Shown here piece by piece: positions 39,345 through 52,552 of a stretch of 64,000 nucleotides of DNA (position 1 is its first letter; each line of letters starts with the position of its first letter). The notes under the pieces were generated by a model. That model was not told the DNA's origin, did no database searches, and saw nothing but the letters and a program-made list of their open reading frames with translations. Source of the DNA: Eledone cirrhosa (Eukaryota); assembly GCA_964016885.1 (NCBI GenBank), contig CAXHJY010001625.1, positions 12,981-76,980 on the forward strand, given 5' to 3'. A program made the position numbers and the translations under genes.

Positions 39345-42320
39345 AATATGGGTAATAAACCAGGAAACTAAACCAGAACAACCTGCCACCCTCTACACAC
39401 CATCATAAACTGCGAGCAGGGTACAAATTGTTGTCCTTAAATGCTCGCAGTTTATGCATCAAGATACATCTGTTTGAATCCTACGTCAGAAGCATCGACC
39501 CTGACTTCATCACAGTCACAGAAACATGGGCACATTCCTTACTCTGTGATGGGGTTTTCAGCATTACTGGGTACAACCTTTTCCGCAAGGACCGCATTAA
39601 TCGCCGTGGTGGTGGTGTGATGGTCTACGTTCGTTCAAACTTTTCGGTAATTCCTTGCGTTGATTTGAACGAATCACAGGAAGAAGTTTTTTTCTGTGAC
39701 ATACGTATGACCATCTCAACACTTCTGCTTGGTGTTGTTTATCGCCCCCCAAACTACCATCAGGACACACAGCTTTGCGATATCCTCAGAGTTGCTGCCA
39801 AGAAAACAGCCACTTATGTGTTTATTGCAGGTGACTTCAATCATCCTGAGATCGATTGGGAAACCTTTCGTTGGCCACAAGGTGCAACGATTTCCTTGAA
39901 CTAGTGCTGGACTCAAACTGGTCACTACTAGTTGTACTACTGAGGAACCTCTAGGCGACTCTGATCATGCTATGATCATTGCCAATCTGGCACTTGAGGG
40001 CAGCAACAAAAACCAGAGCCATCTCCAATCTGCTTGCTTTGATTGGAAGAGGGCGGATTGGAACTTGTACTGCACTGAGCTACAGCGCCCAAACTGGCAT
40101 GAGATGTATAACTCTGGAGATGTGAACACTATACTCCAGAGCATCCTGGACTCAATATGGATAGCGTGTGCAGCATCGGTGCCATGTAAGCAGAAAAAAA
40201 ACCACCCCAAAAGTGCAATTTGGGAAACTTCAGCGGTCCGACTTGTCAGGAAAGAACGTCGGAACGCTGAACGGGAATATAAACTGCATAAATCAGATGC
40301 CAACAGAAAAAAGCGGAATAAATCTTCTAACCATCTCAAGCAAGTGACAAAGAAGGCAGTGCTTGAATTTGAACAGTGCATAGCAACCAATCCTGACAGT
40401 AAGGTGTTCTGGAAATATGTTCATTCAAAGCAGAGGCCTCACTCTCCAGTTGGTCCTCTTCGCAATCCCCACACAAGCCAGATCACTGACGATCCCAAAG
40501 AATGCGCAGAACTCATTGCTGAGTGCTATGCAAGTATTTTTACTGTTGAAAACCAGAATGTACCATCTCCACCATCTCTAACATCAAATTCCATAACAAC
40601 TATGGAATTTACCTGCAATGTTGCGACGTCACCTTAAGAATAAGCGTAACTATGCCTCCCCTGGTCTTGATGGTGTTACATACCTGCTTCTCAAACGTGG
40701 CGGGTATTTCCTTTTGCGCCAGCTTTCTTTCTTCTTTCAATACTGTCTCAACAATGGTGCTACTCCGGAGCAGTGGAAAACTGCCATTGTCATTCCCCTG
40801 TTCAAAAAGGGCAACCGCATGTCACCTGTCAACTATCGTCCAGTCAGTCTTACTAGCTGTATGGCCAAACTGATGGAATCCTGTGTCAGAGAAACACTTT
40901 GGAACTTCTGGAGCTCTCACAGCCTCATCTGGTCCTCACAGTTTGGATTTATCCCTAACTCCAGCTGCTGTGATCAGCTTATCGAGTTCCTTGAAGGCAT
41001 CACCCGGATCACTGACAGCGGCTCATGGGTGGATGTTGTTTACCTTGACTTTGCTAAGGCTTTTAATTCTGTGCCACACAAAAGACTTATGGCAAAACTC
41101 TCTGCAATGGGTGTGAGGGATGATGTTTTCGACTGGTTGAAATCCTTCATTCTCAGCTGAAAAGAAGTAGTCACGGTTCTAGGACAGCATTCTTCACCAT
41201 ATGAGATGTCATCTGGTGTACCACAGGGATCTGTTCTTGGTCCCCTTTTGTTTGTGGCATATATTAATGACATAGATGCCAACTTACAGAATGCCACGGT
41301 ACTGAAATATGCAGATGACATCAAGCTGTACCTTGAAATCAAAAGGACTGATCCTGAAATCTACAACTCTTTCCTACAATCAGACCTGGACACAATGCAG
41401 CAATGGATCACAGACTGGCAACTGAAGCTGGCTGTGGACAAGTGTACCACCATGCATTTTGGGAGGAAAAATCCAGCGTCCACATACTCCCTCCACAACA
41501 CTGATATCAAGAAGTCCTCTTGTGAATGTGACCTGGGCATTACTGTCAGCAGCGATTTGCGTTGGACAAAGCATGTCTCTAAGATTGTCAAGAAGGCTTA
41601 GAGTGTCTTGGCATCACTCAGCAAGACCTTTGTTAGCCGCTCTCCAGCCATCTATTTAAAACTGTATACAGCTATGGTACGACCACACTTGGAATTCGCA
41701 TCATCAGTCTGGAACCCCTATCTTGCTCAGAACATTGACCTCCTGGAAACTGTTCAGAGACGTGCAACCAAAATGAAAACAAAAATATATATATATACAG
41801 TTGGCAGCTAGAAGGGATTTCATCAGGCATCTACCATACTCTGAATGCCTTGCTTCCCTGGGCATGGATTCATTGAAGCTCCGACGTCTGGCAATGGACT
41901 TGGTAAATACCCACAAAGTTATTAACCATCTCGCCAATTGCAGCCCTGAGCACCTTTTTGATCTCCATGTGTCTAACACACGTGGACATGCCTAGAAAAT
42001 CAGAAAACAGCACAGCTCCCATGACTTTCGTAGACATTTTTTCACGCTCAGAGTTGCTGAAGCATGGAACAAACAGCCTGCGTCAGTTGTTAGCTGCCGA
42101 GACACTGCATCCTTTAAGACACTCATGCTTCCCGAAATACGCCAAAACTACACCTGATGTACCCCTTCCATACACATGCTCACGTGTGTATCATGACTCG
42201 TGCACTGTTCATTTTCCTGATGTTTGTGCATTGCCCTATGTACTGTACATGCACTACTTTTTGATGAGTTGTGGTGCACCTGGGCACTGTACACAACATT
42301 TCATTATTATTATTATTATT
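39345..42320 (+). mobile_element. CR1-clade LINE ORF2 (APE endonuclease plus RT), inactivated, with 3' UTR and (ATT)n tail
   Basis: SLNARSL, VTETW, GGGV, GVVYRPP, GDFN; YRPVSLTS, QFGF, YLDFAKAF, SGVPQGSVLGPLLF, YADD; several stops and frameshifts, a deletion near 39930 and an insert at 41772-41820. Confidence 0.94.
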
Positions 42321-42321
42321 A

Positions 42322-42575
42322 TATCATGACTCATACACTGTTCATTTTCCTGACATTTGTACATTATTCTATGTACTATACATGCACCTTTGATGAGTTG
42401 TAGTGCACCTGAGCACTGTACACAATAATTTCATTATTATTATTATTATTATTATAATTGTTTCTACTTTTGGCACAAGGCCAGCAATTATCCCAGTGTA
42501 TTACTGGTACTTTATTTTATCGACCCTGTAAGGATGAAATGTAAAGTTAACTTCGGCGGGATTTGAACTCAGCCT
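42322..42575. mobile_element. Second CR1 tail (matching the 18757-18870 variant) followed by a reverse SINE A fragment
   Basis: Direct homology; separated by (ATT)n. Confidence 0.8.
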
Positions 42576-42668
42576 CGGAGGGAATGAATATTACCCAGTT
42601 ACAAGTATGAAAATAGCTCAATGTAGAATAACAAATATACTACAGAGCCAAAATTGTCATTTACATTG

Positions 42669-42870
42669 TATATATATATCATCATCATCAGGTTTAGCGT
42701 CCGTGTTCCACGCTTGCATGGGTTTGGACGGGGGTTTTCCCACTTGAGGCAAGAGTGGTTGTCTTGCTCGCATAGGACAACCACTCTTGCCTCAAGTGGG
42801 AAAACCCCTGTCCAAACCCATGCAAGCGTGGAACACGGACGCTAAACCTGATGATGATGATATATATATA
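42669..42870. repeat. Near-perfect ~200-bp palindrome made of two RTE 3' ends
   Basis: ~95-bp arms, 12-nt loop TTGCTCGCATAG, (TA)n on both sides. Confidence 0.93.
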
Positions 42871-42967
42871 CATATGTGTGTGTGTGTGTGTGTGTTTATA
42901 TATATATATATATATATAATTGGTGCTGGATGCTTAAAGCGTCCGTATGCGGTAGGCCGTATGAGCA

Positions 42968-43020
<53 letters not shown>

Positions 43021-43029
43021 ATATGTATG

Positions 43030-43250
43030 TACATATATATCTTATGGTGTGAGTAGGTTATGCCTGGAAGGAAGGTTGGCTGGTAAGAGAAGCAGAGTCC
43101 GGCAGCCAAAACGATGGTTTGATAATGTCAACTTATGGACTGGACTTGATCTTTGCTCTTTAAACTCTGCTGTTGGTGATCGAACTTTGTGGAGAAAAAT
43201 ATCTCATGTTGATGCGCAGTTTGCAACTGGCGGAGTTTAGCATCAAATCC
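43030..43250 (+). mobile_element. 3' fragment of a different RTE (BovB-like) family
   Basis: LEGRLAGKRSRVRQPKRWFDNV...DRTLWRKI; flanked by (TA)n. Confidence 0.7.
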
Positions 43251-43297
43251 TTCTTATATATATATATATATATAATATATATATATATATAATATAT

Positions 43298-43369
<72 letters not shown>

Positions 43370-44029
43370 TTTTCTGGAGGGATCATCATCATTGTGGTGA
43401 GTTGTTGTTGGTGGTGGTGGTTAGTGGTGGTGCAGTTATACATATAGAATAAAAAAATTAATTCTACCTCAAATTCAAGAAAGAGAGAATGCAATAGAAA
43501 TAGGGGAAGAATGAGTTGTTTAATGATATGACCATTCTCAAGCTATAGAAAGAATGAAACAGCAATTGTATTTGATACAAAGGCAGATCTGCTTTTTAAG
43601 CCAACCTTTCTCTAGCTAGGTACACAAACCACAAATGTCTAGCTTTGCTCAGTAAAGCAACTCTACTTCGAATTATTAACATAGAAAGCTTTATCAGTTC
43701 CCCTGGTAATATATGTGAAAATATTACAAAATTTATGAAATGTAGAAGTCTATTTTCCTTAGATAACTCACATATACAACTACATCTGCTTCTTATGATA
43801 TAGAATTGTATTATTCTGTAGTTAATTCGTTTTTGTTTTTTTTTTTACCTTTTAAAGTAGATTCAGGCCTTACAGTAAATACTATGGCAGAAACCCTCTT
43901 TAATTGTTGTTGCTTCAAATGTGCACAGCTGTTAGTCAACTTTGCTCAAGTAATTCTGTCTCGTTTTAACTGCACACAAGATAAAAATTATTATATCAAA
44001 TATTTCAAATCCACCCTCTTAATAATAGA

Positions 44030-44330
44030 GTAGCATGACTTAGTATTTAGGGTGTTCAGCCTACAATCATGAGGTTATGAGTTCGATTCCTGGCCAGGTA
44101 TTGTGCCCTGAAGTAAGATACTTTATTTCACATTGCTTCAGTCTATTCAGCCAGCAGAAACAAGTTGTACCTGTAATTCAATGGGCCAACCTTGTCACTT
44201 ACTGTGTCACACTGAGTCTCCTTGACAACTACATTAATGGTACATGTTCCTATGGAATGCTCAGCCACTTGCATATTAATTTTGCAAGCATACTGTTCCA
44301 TTATCCGAACAATTGTAACACTTGTTGTCA
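44030..44330 (+). mobile_element. Degenerate CORE-type SINE
   Basis: GAGTTCGATTCC B box, AAGATACTTTATTTCACATTGCT core; 3' part similar to 2520-2820. Confidence 0.65.
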
Positions 44331-44514
44331 GAAGCAATCGAGGTTCAACTCCCAGGCATATTCTAGAGTTTATCTCTACCTCAGTTTGTCCAATAGACCA
44401 ATTCATTTGAAAGCTGCCCCTATGTTTTACAATAGAACCATTGATCTTCTTGGAAGTTTAATCCTATGTTAACTGTATGTTGTATAAGCTTAGAACTTTC
44501 TTTCTCCCTTGTCA

Positions 44515-45718
44515 ACACACATGCACCCTCATACATGCACTCACGTGCATCTTCACATGCACTCACATGTATATTCCTGCATGAAGCTTCAAACATACAC
44601 ATACATCCTCACACATACACACACATACATCCTCACATGCACACATACATCCTCACATGCACTCATACATGCATCTTTACATATACACACTCATGCATCC
44701 TTATACATGCAAATACATGTATCTCCTCACATGCACACACATACATGCAAAACATGCACACACATCTATCCTCATACATGCACACATCACATATATCTGC
44801 TCGCACATACATCTATCCTCACACATACACACATGTACACAGATGTGTCCTCACATGCACACATATCTATCCTTACACAACACATGTACACATGTCTCTT
44901 CTCTCTCTCACACACATTTATCCACACACATACACACACATATATCCACACAAACACACACATGTATTGTCTCTCACACACATGTCTATCCTCTTTCACA
45001 CATACACACATCTATCCTCTCTCGCGCACACATCTATCCACACACATACATGTGTCCACACATATATACACACACACACATCTATCCACACATACACACC
45101 TATCCTCTCTCACACACACATCTATCCACACACAAATGTACACACACATCTATCCTCTCTCACACACACATCTATCCTCTCTCACGCACACATCTATCCA
45201 CACACATACATGTGTCCACACATATACACACACACACACATCTATCCACACATACACACCTATCCTCTCTCACACACACATCTATCCACACACAAATGTA
45301 CACACACATCTATCCTCTCACACACATATCTATCCACACACACACACACATCTATCCACACACACACACACAAATGTACAGACATCTATCATCTCACACA
45401 CACATCTATCCATACACACACACACACACACATCTATCCTCTCTCACACACACATCTATCCACACACACACATGTACACACACATCTATCCTATCTCACA
45501 CACACACACACATGTACACACACATCTATCCTCTCTCACACACACACATCTATCCACACATACACACCTATCCTCTCTCACACACACATCTATCCACACA
45601 CACACATCTATCCTCTCTCACACACACAACTATCCACACACACACATCTATCCTCTCTCACACACACATCTACCCCCCCCCCCACACACACACATCTATC
45701 CACACACACACACACACT
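44515..45718. repeat. (CA)n array with CATCTATCC/CTCTCT units
   Basis: Direct inspection. Confidence 0.93.
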
Positions 45719-45839
45719 TCAGAGCTAGTTACATTATTCTCTATTTCACTCTGTTTCACCAGCTGTTGTTGTCTCTTTCTCTTTCATTGTTTTTCTACTC
45801 TGTTTTCATTAACTTCAATTCTGGCTCTTGTCTCTTTTG

Positions 45840-46572
45840 TCCTCTCTCTCCCACTCTCCATTCTCCCCCCCCCCCCCCCCCTCTCCTCCTCCTCTCTCTC
45901 TCTCTTTCTCTCTCCCAGTCTCCGTTCTCTCTCCATCTCTCCTCTCTCTCTCTTCTTTCTCTCTCCTTCTTTCTCACTCCTTCCCTTGCTCTCTCCTCTC
46001 TCTCCTTCCCTCTTTTCTTTCTCCCTTTCTTGACCTTGCCTTCTTTGTCTCTCCCTCTCTCTCTCTCTCTCCCACTCTCCATTCTCTCTCTCCAATCTCT
46101 CTCTCCCACTCTCCATTCTCTCTCTCTCTCCCACTCTCCATTCTCTCTCTCTCTCTCTCCAATCTCTCTCTCCCACTCTCCATTCTCTCTCTCTCTCCCA
46201 CTCTCCATTCTCTCTCTCTCTCCCACTCTCCATTCTCTCTCTCTCTTCCACTCTCCATTCTCTCTCTCTCTCCCACTCTCCATTCTCTCACTCTCTCTTG
46301 CTCCCTCTCTCCCACTCTCCCACTCTCCATTCTCTTTCCATCTCTCCCTTTCTCTCTCTCTCCATTCTCTTTCCATCTCTCCTTTTCTCCCTCTCTCCAT
46401 TCTCTTTCCATCTCTCCTTTTCTCCCTCTCTCAATTCTCTTTCCATCTCTCCTTCCTTTGCTCTCTCCTATCTCTCTCCTTCTTCCCTCTCCCCTTTCTC
46501 TCTTTCTTGACCTTGCCTTCTTTGTCTCTCACTCTCTCTCCTTCATCTCCCTCCACTCCTCTATCTTTCCCC
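45840..46572. repeat. Polypyrimidine array (CCCACTCTCCATTCTCTCT)n
   Basis: Direct inspection. Confidence 0.93.
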
Positions 46573-46719
46573 CATAAAGATGTACACACATATGTACTCT
46601 ATAGATGATATAACACATTTCTGAAGCAGGTGTTTTGCTGTAGTGGCATTGAGGAAGTATCCTCAACAATAGTATTTCAGGTGTTCACAGGTTGTGTTGA
46701 TATTTCTAGGAGAATACTA

Positions 46720-48425
46720 TAATAATAGTAGTAGTAGTAGTAGTAGTAATAATATTAATAGTAATAATAATTGTTTCTACTTTTGACACAAGGCCAGCAA
46801 ATTACCCAGTACATTACTGGTACTTTATTTTATCGACCCCATAAGGATGAAAGGCAAAGTTAACCTAGGTGGGATTTGGGGCAATTTAGACTCGGAACGT
46901 AAAGGGCCATAACTCTATGTTGTAAAGCATGGTGTCTGCCAAATAATAATGATAATAATAAATAAAACTCTATTGCCCTAGGTTCAAGACCTAAACCCAG
47001 CAGTAGAGAAACTGAACAGATCTATAAAAACAATACTATTATTACTAATAATAATTGTTTCTACTTTTGGCACAAGGCCAGCAAATTACCTAGTGTATTA
47101 CTGGTACTTTATTTTATTGACCCCACAACGATGAAAGTTAACCTAGACAAAGTTAATGCTATACTGCAAAGCATAATAATAATAATATAGTAGTAATAAT
47201 GATAGGCACAAGACCAGTAATTGGTGGGGAAGGGAAAGTCGATTAAATAGTCCAGTATGTTACTGGTACTTTATTTTATCGACCCTGTAAGGCAAAGTTA
47301 ACCTCAGCAGGATTTTATCAACCCTGAAAGGCAAAGTTAACCTCAGCGGCATTTGAACTCAGAACGTAAAGGGCTATAACTCTATGCTACAAAGCATAAT
47401 AATAATATTATAGTAGTAATAATAATAAATAAAACCTCTATTGCCCTAGGTTCAAGGCCTTAACCCAACAGTAGAGAAACTAACAGATAAGAATAATGGT
47501 TTCTACTTTAGGCACAAGGCAAGCAATTTGAAGGGGGAAGGGAAAGTCAATTAAATTGACCCCCAGTGCATTACTGTTGCTTTATTTTATCGACCCCGTA
47601 AGGATGAAAGGCAAAGCTAACCTCAGCGGGATTTGAACTCGAAACGTAAAGCTTATTAACCATATGCCACAAAGCATTCTGTTCGACACTCTACCAATAC
47701 TGCCAATCCACTGCCCTACAACAACAACAACAACAACAACAACAATAATAATAATGTTTATACTTTTGGCACAAGGCCAGCAATTATCTCAGTACATTAC
47801 TGGTACTTTATTTTATCGACCCCGTAAGGATGAAATGTAAAGTTAACCTCAGACCATAAAGGGCCATAACTCTTTGCTGCAAAGCCTGGCGTCCGACCCT
47901 CTACCGATACTGCCAATTGACTGCCCTTAATAATATGATAGTAATAATAATAATGATTTCTTTATTAACCACAAGGGTTGACACAAAACATAACATTAAG
48001 GACAGCACAGGACAGTACAAATGGGAATTTCTACATATAAAAACAAAAACAAAGGAAAATTCCCCAATAGGGGGAAGACTTCCAACGGTCACTCATGGAG
48101 AAAGCCCACAAAAAAAAACACAGTGACCCTGACCACCGGGTCAAGTGACTTCTCCCAGTTTTCAACCTCCAGTCTACAGGCGCATACTCAGAGCAGGTCC
48201 ATTCACTCTGGTCACGCTTGCATCTCTCACCCATCTTTCAACAAATTGCTGGAAAAGTAATAATAATTGTTTCTACTTTTGGCACAAGGCCAGCAATTAT
48301 CCCAGTGCATTACTGGTACTTTATTTTATCGACCCCATAAGGATGAAAGGCAAAGTTAACCTCGGTGGTTTTTGAACTCAGAATGGCAAGGGCTGTAACT
48401 CTATGCGTCAAAGCATGGTGTCCGA
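46720..48425 (-). mobile_element. Stack of six or more co-oriented SINE A copies plus a Tx1-like tail in (TAA)n spacers
   Basis: Repeated TTGTTTCTACTTTTGGCACAAGGCCAGCAA ends; Tx1-like tail at 47955-48258. Confidence 0.88.
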
Positions 48426-48683
48426 ATAATGGTTATGACAAAGATATCTAATTACAATAGTTCATCTGGGGTATTATATTACATATGTGAAGGTTATGGA
48501 ACAGTTCAGTATTGTATGTTAAGAGAGATATTAAGGAAATAGTAATCAGAATTTATATAAATTATTGTGGTATAGCAGCGTAAAGGTTGCTAGAGTAGAC
48601 TTGATTGGTATAGACGTTATTGCTGTTTAACACCAGGTCAACCTTGATCTAGTAAACCTATGATGAAAGGTCTTCCAGCTATG

Positions 48684-48769
48684 ATCTTCTTTTTCTTCTC
48701 CTTCTTCTTCTCTTTCTTCTTCTTTTCTTCATCTTCTCCTTTTTCTTCTTATTTTTCTTCTCTTCTTCT

Positions 48770-48802
<33 letters not shown>

Positions 48803-48860
48803 TCTTCTTTTTCTTTTTCTTTTTCTTTTTCTTTTCTTCTTTTTTTTCTTTTTCTTCTTC
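48684..48860. repeat. (CTT)/(CTG) tract
   Basis: Direct inspection. Confidence 0.93.
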
Positions 48861-48909
48861 AGCATTACACTGTCTGTACCCATGGTTAACACATAACCCA
48901 AACTCTTAA

Positions 48910-49100
48910 CGCTTCTTCTTCGCCCACTTATTCCTAAGGGCAGAGTCATCAAACCCTCCTTCCAGCAAGTTCTGTCAGAAGCAACCATCTCCAACAGATC
49001 CAGCTGGATCCGCAAGCTAGACCAGCCAAACTCATAGATGTTAGCCCTGGGTCTCCTGCCAGTGGATTTTGCCCGTAAAATCTGTCCAGAAGCTGTGATT
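48910..49100 (-). mobile_element. Degenerate RTE-like 3' fragment
   Basis: GRRPR...VASDRTCWK peptide; (AAG)n-like end. Confidence 0.5.
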
Positions 49101-50211
49101 ATCATGTCTTTTATTCAGTCATGCTGTGTCATCATCATCGTCATTATGCATTCATTTTCCCTGTTAGCATGGGTTGGATGTGTTGTCACAGCCCAATTCA
49201 GTACTTTATCAGAAGAAATACTGATCCCCTAGATAGGCTGGGAGCCCACATTTTGCTTACAATATATCTCCACATGTCTTTGACACAGCTGAAGAGTCCT
49301 CCTTATTTTTTCTAAGATAGTAAGGTGTGATTTGATTAAGATTTTGCTACTATTTCAGGCAGGTTGAGTAAGCTGGAGATTTATGTTTGGCTAAAGCTCT
49401 TTCATTGGTTCATTATGTGGTAACTATCATTGCTGCTGTTGTTGTTGTTGTTGTCTAGCTCCAAGTTAGCATTGATCAAGCAGATTTATGGCCATGACTA
49501 TACCTTCTTTATTTTTCAGACAGTATATCTAAGATCAGTGAAGGCACATGACCTTGTGGTAAGGGTGTTGGACTTACAATCATAATGTTGTGGGTTTGAT
49601 TTATGGATTGGATTGTGTGTTATGTTTTTGAGAGAAACACTTCATTTCACGTTGCTCCAGTAGACTCATTTGAAAATGGGTACCAGCATTAGCTGGGGGT
49701 TTAACCTAGTAATAGACTGACATCCTCTCCAGGGAGGAGGCATATATTCTCAGATGCTTCATGTCATGGAAACCAGAATAAGCACTGGTCTGATGAACCT
49801 CCAGGCTCCAGGCTCATGACAGACTTTAGATATCTAAGATGACATTCTCCTCTGTTTTTTTTTTTTAAAGATGTGGTGTCATTTGGAAGAGATTTGGCTA
49901 CTATTTCTAGCAGATCGAGCAACCATACTGTAGTAGGTGTATCTAAAATAGAGAGAAAGATCAAAATAGCCAGCACAGATGATTGAGAATGTTGACCATA
50001 ATATGAGGTTGAACTGACTGAAGGATGTTTTAACAGTCCTTCATAGTCAGCATATGAACATTTTAGCTGACCTTCGTAGAAGGATGAAATATGAAGTTGA
50101 CCTCAAGGATATTTGAGCTCTGAATTCAAGGATATTTTGTCTGATGCTCTATCACTTCTGCTGATTTCCCAAAAGGGACAGAGGAAAGATTATGATGGTG
50201 AAAATAATTTA

Positions 50212-50922
50212 CAGTGGAACCTCAATTCACGAACTTAATTTGTTCTTGAAGGTCATTCGTTACCTGAAATGTTCATAAAGCAAAACTATTTTTCCCATAC
50301 GAAATGTTGAGAGAGAAATACATTGAGAGAGAGACACAGACAGAGATTGTGTGTGGAAGACAGATAGATATCATCATAGAAACTAACTACAGAGCAAGTG
50401 ACACTTTCCTGCCGGGACTCCCAGCTTGTCGCCAGTGGATTGGCAGTATTGGTAGAGGGTCGGACACCATGTTTGCAGCAAAGAATTACAGCCCTTTATG
50501 GTCTGAGTTCAAATCCCGCCGAGGTTAACTTTGCCTTTCATCCTTACGGGGTCGATAAAATAAAGAACCAGTAATACACTGGGATAATTGCTGGCCTTGT
50601 GCCAAAAGTAGAAACAATTATTACCAGCTTGTGGATTGGCAGTATCGGTAGAGGGTCTGACGCCATGCTTTGCAGCAAAGAGCTACGGCCCTTTATGGTC
50701 TGAGTTCAAATCCCGCCAAGGTTAACTTTGCCTTTCATCCTTACGGGGGTCGATAAAATAAAGTACCACTAATGTATTGGGCCTTGTGCCAAAAGTAGAA
50801 ACAATTATTACCGGCTTGCGTGTTTGTTACTCAAAGCACCATTCATCACCCGAGACATTTTATGTTTGGATGTGAACCAATTTGTTCATGATGAGAGGCG
50901 TTCATGAACCAATATTCCACTG
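50212..50922. mobile_element. Tigger/pogo-like non-autonomous element containing two SINEs
   Basis: TA|CAGTGGAACCTCAATTCACGAAC ... GTTCATGAACCAATATTCCACTG|TA. Confidence 0.78.
50430..50810 (+). mobile_element. Two tandem young SINE A copies
   Basis: Near-consensus heads and tails, CCAGCTTG target repeats. Confidence 0.92.
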
Positions 50923-51244
50923 TATTCTGGAACAGTGTTATGATGACATTTTCTCTCGTCATATTTAGATTGATTACTATTTATAGTTTAAAGTGATCTA
51001 TTATTTACTAGATTAATAATCCATCGTTTATCCAATAAATAAATCCATTAGCACTGTGTATTACATTTTAATATTTTATAATCTTTAAAGACCAGGATTA
51101 TTATATTTTAGAAATAATTTTTATAGAATGAGAAAAGAAGAAACAAAAAAGTACAAAAAACAAGCAAAGATTATATTTTATTTTATTATCAAACTACATT
51201 ATTTTCCCATATAATACAGGGGAATGTATGGTTGTTGTTGTTGT

Positions 51245-51760
51245 CAACGTCATCACCACTGTAATCCTTCTCCCCCCCTTTCATCATCACCACCACCACT
51301 TCCTCCTTCTCTGCGTCCTACTCTACCATCACCTACTCCTCAACATCAGCACCACAGTAATCCTCCACCCCTTCCATCACTGCCGCCACTACAGCACTTC
51401 GTCCTCCACCTTCTACTCCCCCACCACCACCACCTCCTCCTCCACCACAACCTCCTCCTCCTCCACCACCAACTTCTCCACCACCACCTCCTCCTCCACC
51501 ACCACCACCTCTAACTTCACCACCTTCACCACCACCTCTTCTTCCTCACCTTCCTCCTCCACTGCCACCACCACCACCACCACCCCCTCCTCCTCCACCA
51601 CCATCACCTCCTCATCTTCCTCATCCTTCACCACCACCAACATCTCCATCATCATCTCCACCATCACCACCTCCTCCTCCACTGCCACCATCACCACCAC
51701 CACCCACCTCTCCTCTTCCACTGCCACCAACCACCACCTCTTCAGCCTCCTCTTCATCCT
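51245..51760. repeat. (CAC)/(CCT) triplet mosaic
   Basis: Direct inspection. Confidence 0.92.
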
Positions 51761-52338
51761 TATTTTCGTCAACATATCATTGAGGCATGTGCTTAAAATA
51801 AATTTTAAAATATATTTTAATGTAAAGTGTGGGAACATATGTGTATGTAGGCGAGAATTGCCCTACCCACCTGGCCTGTCTGTGAAGTCAGTAACATCAC
51901 TCCCAGTCACCCAAAACTAAACCCACCCCCCATCATCATCATCATCTAATGTCCGTTTTTCCCTGCTAGCAAGGGTTGGACTGGTCGCTTCAGAACAAGT
52001 CTTAAAAGGATAAGAGGCAAAGTTGACCCCAGTGGGATTTAAACTCAGAGTGTAGATATCCAGATCAAATACTGTAAAGAATGATGTCCTACTCTCTAAC
52101 AACTCTTCCAATTTAAGTTCTTGAGAGAAAAGGATAAGAAGAAAAAAAAATAGGTGTAACAGTTAGAGTAGCTGTATACAGCTTACTTGGAACTATTCAG
52201 TTGAGAGAGAGAGAGAGAAAATGAGAGTGATATATATATTTCAATGTGGTCTACCCTTGGTGGTAGGGTCCGTACATATATGTTGATTTAAAACTGCACT
52301 ATCCACAAGTGTTTTTTAGCCTTCATATCATGTTCTCC

Positions 52339-52409
52339 TGTTTTATCTGATGAAAACACAAATATTATTACATGATGATGTTTGTTTTTGAAATGCGCAT
52401 AATAAAATA
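52339..52409 (+). ncRNA. Minimal type-I hammerhead ribozyme motif, family Y (within repeat ~52282-52445)
   Basis: TGTTTTAT-CTGATGA-[long helix II]-GAAA-TGCGCA-TA-ATAAAATA. Confidence 0.7.
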
Positions 52410-52552
52410 CATGGAACTCCTTTAACCATCTTTTGATCTTATATTATATATACTCCAGTCCTACAACCTGTAGAGTGCTTCTTATCCGATATCTGCATTG
52501 CTTTATTGTACTACAATAAAACTCACCTCCTACATATATATATATATATATA

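Noticed and set aside
43849-43969. Minus-strand 121-nt exon candidate and plus-strand MAETLFNCCC ORF
   Set aside because: Weak donor, stops in all minus frames, unrecognisable peptide
44466-46608. 699-aa and other HT/SL/ER-rich ORFs (also 23776-25775, 31386-32060, 33169-35149)
   Set aside because: Stop-free simple and tandem repeats, open in several frames, no domain content
30762-50076. Inward-facing mariner ends 19 kb apart as a macro-transposon
   Set aside because: The left element already contains its own right-subterminal sequence (CTTCATAGTCAGCATAT at ~31081); independent remnants are more likely
51224-51920. Mucin-like Ser/Thr ORF
   Set aside because: (CAC)/(CCT) mosaic open in multiple frames, with no supported exon structure
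52187-52192. 6-nt microexon candidate on the minus strand
   Set aside because: Pyrimidine tract is a (CT)n microsatellite; chance occurrence likely
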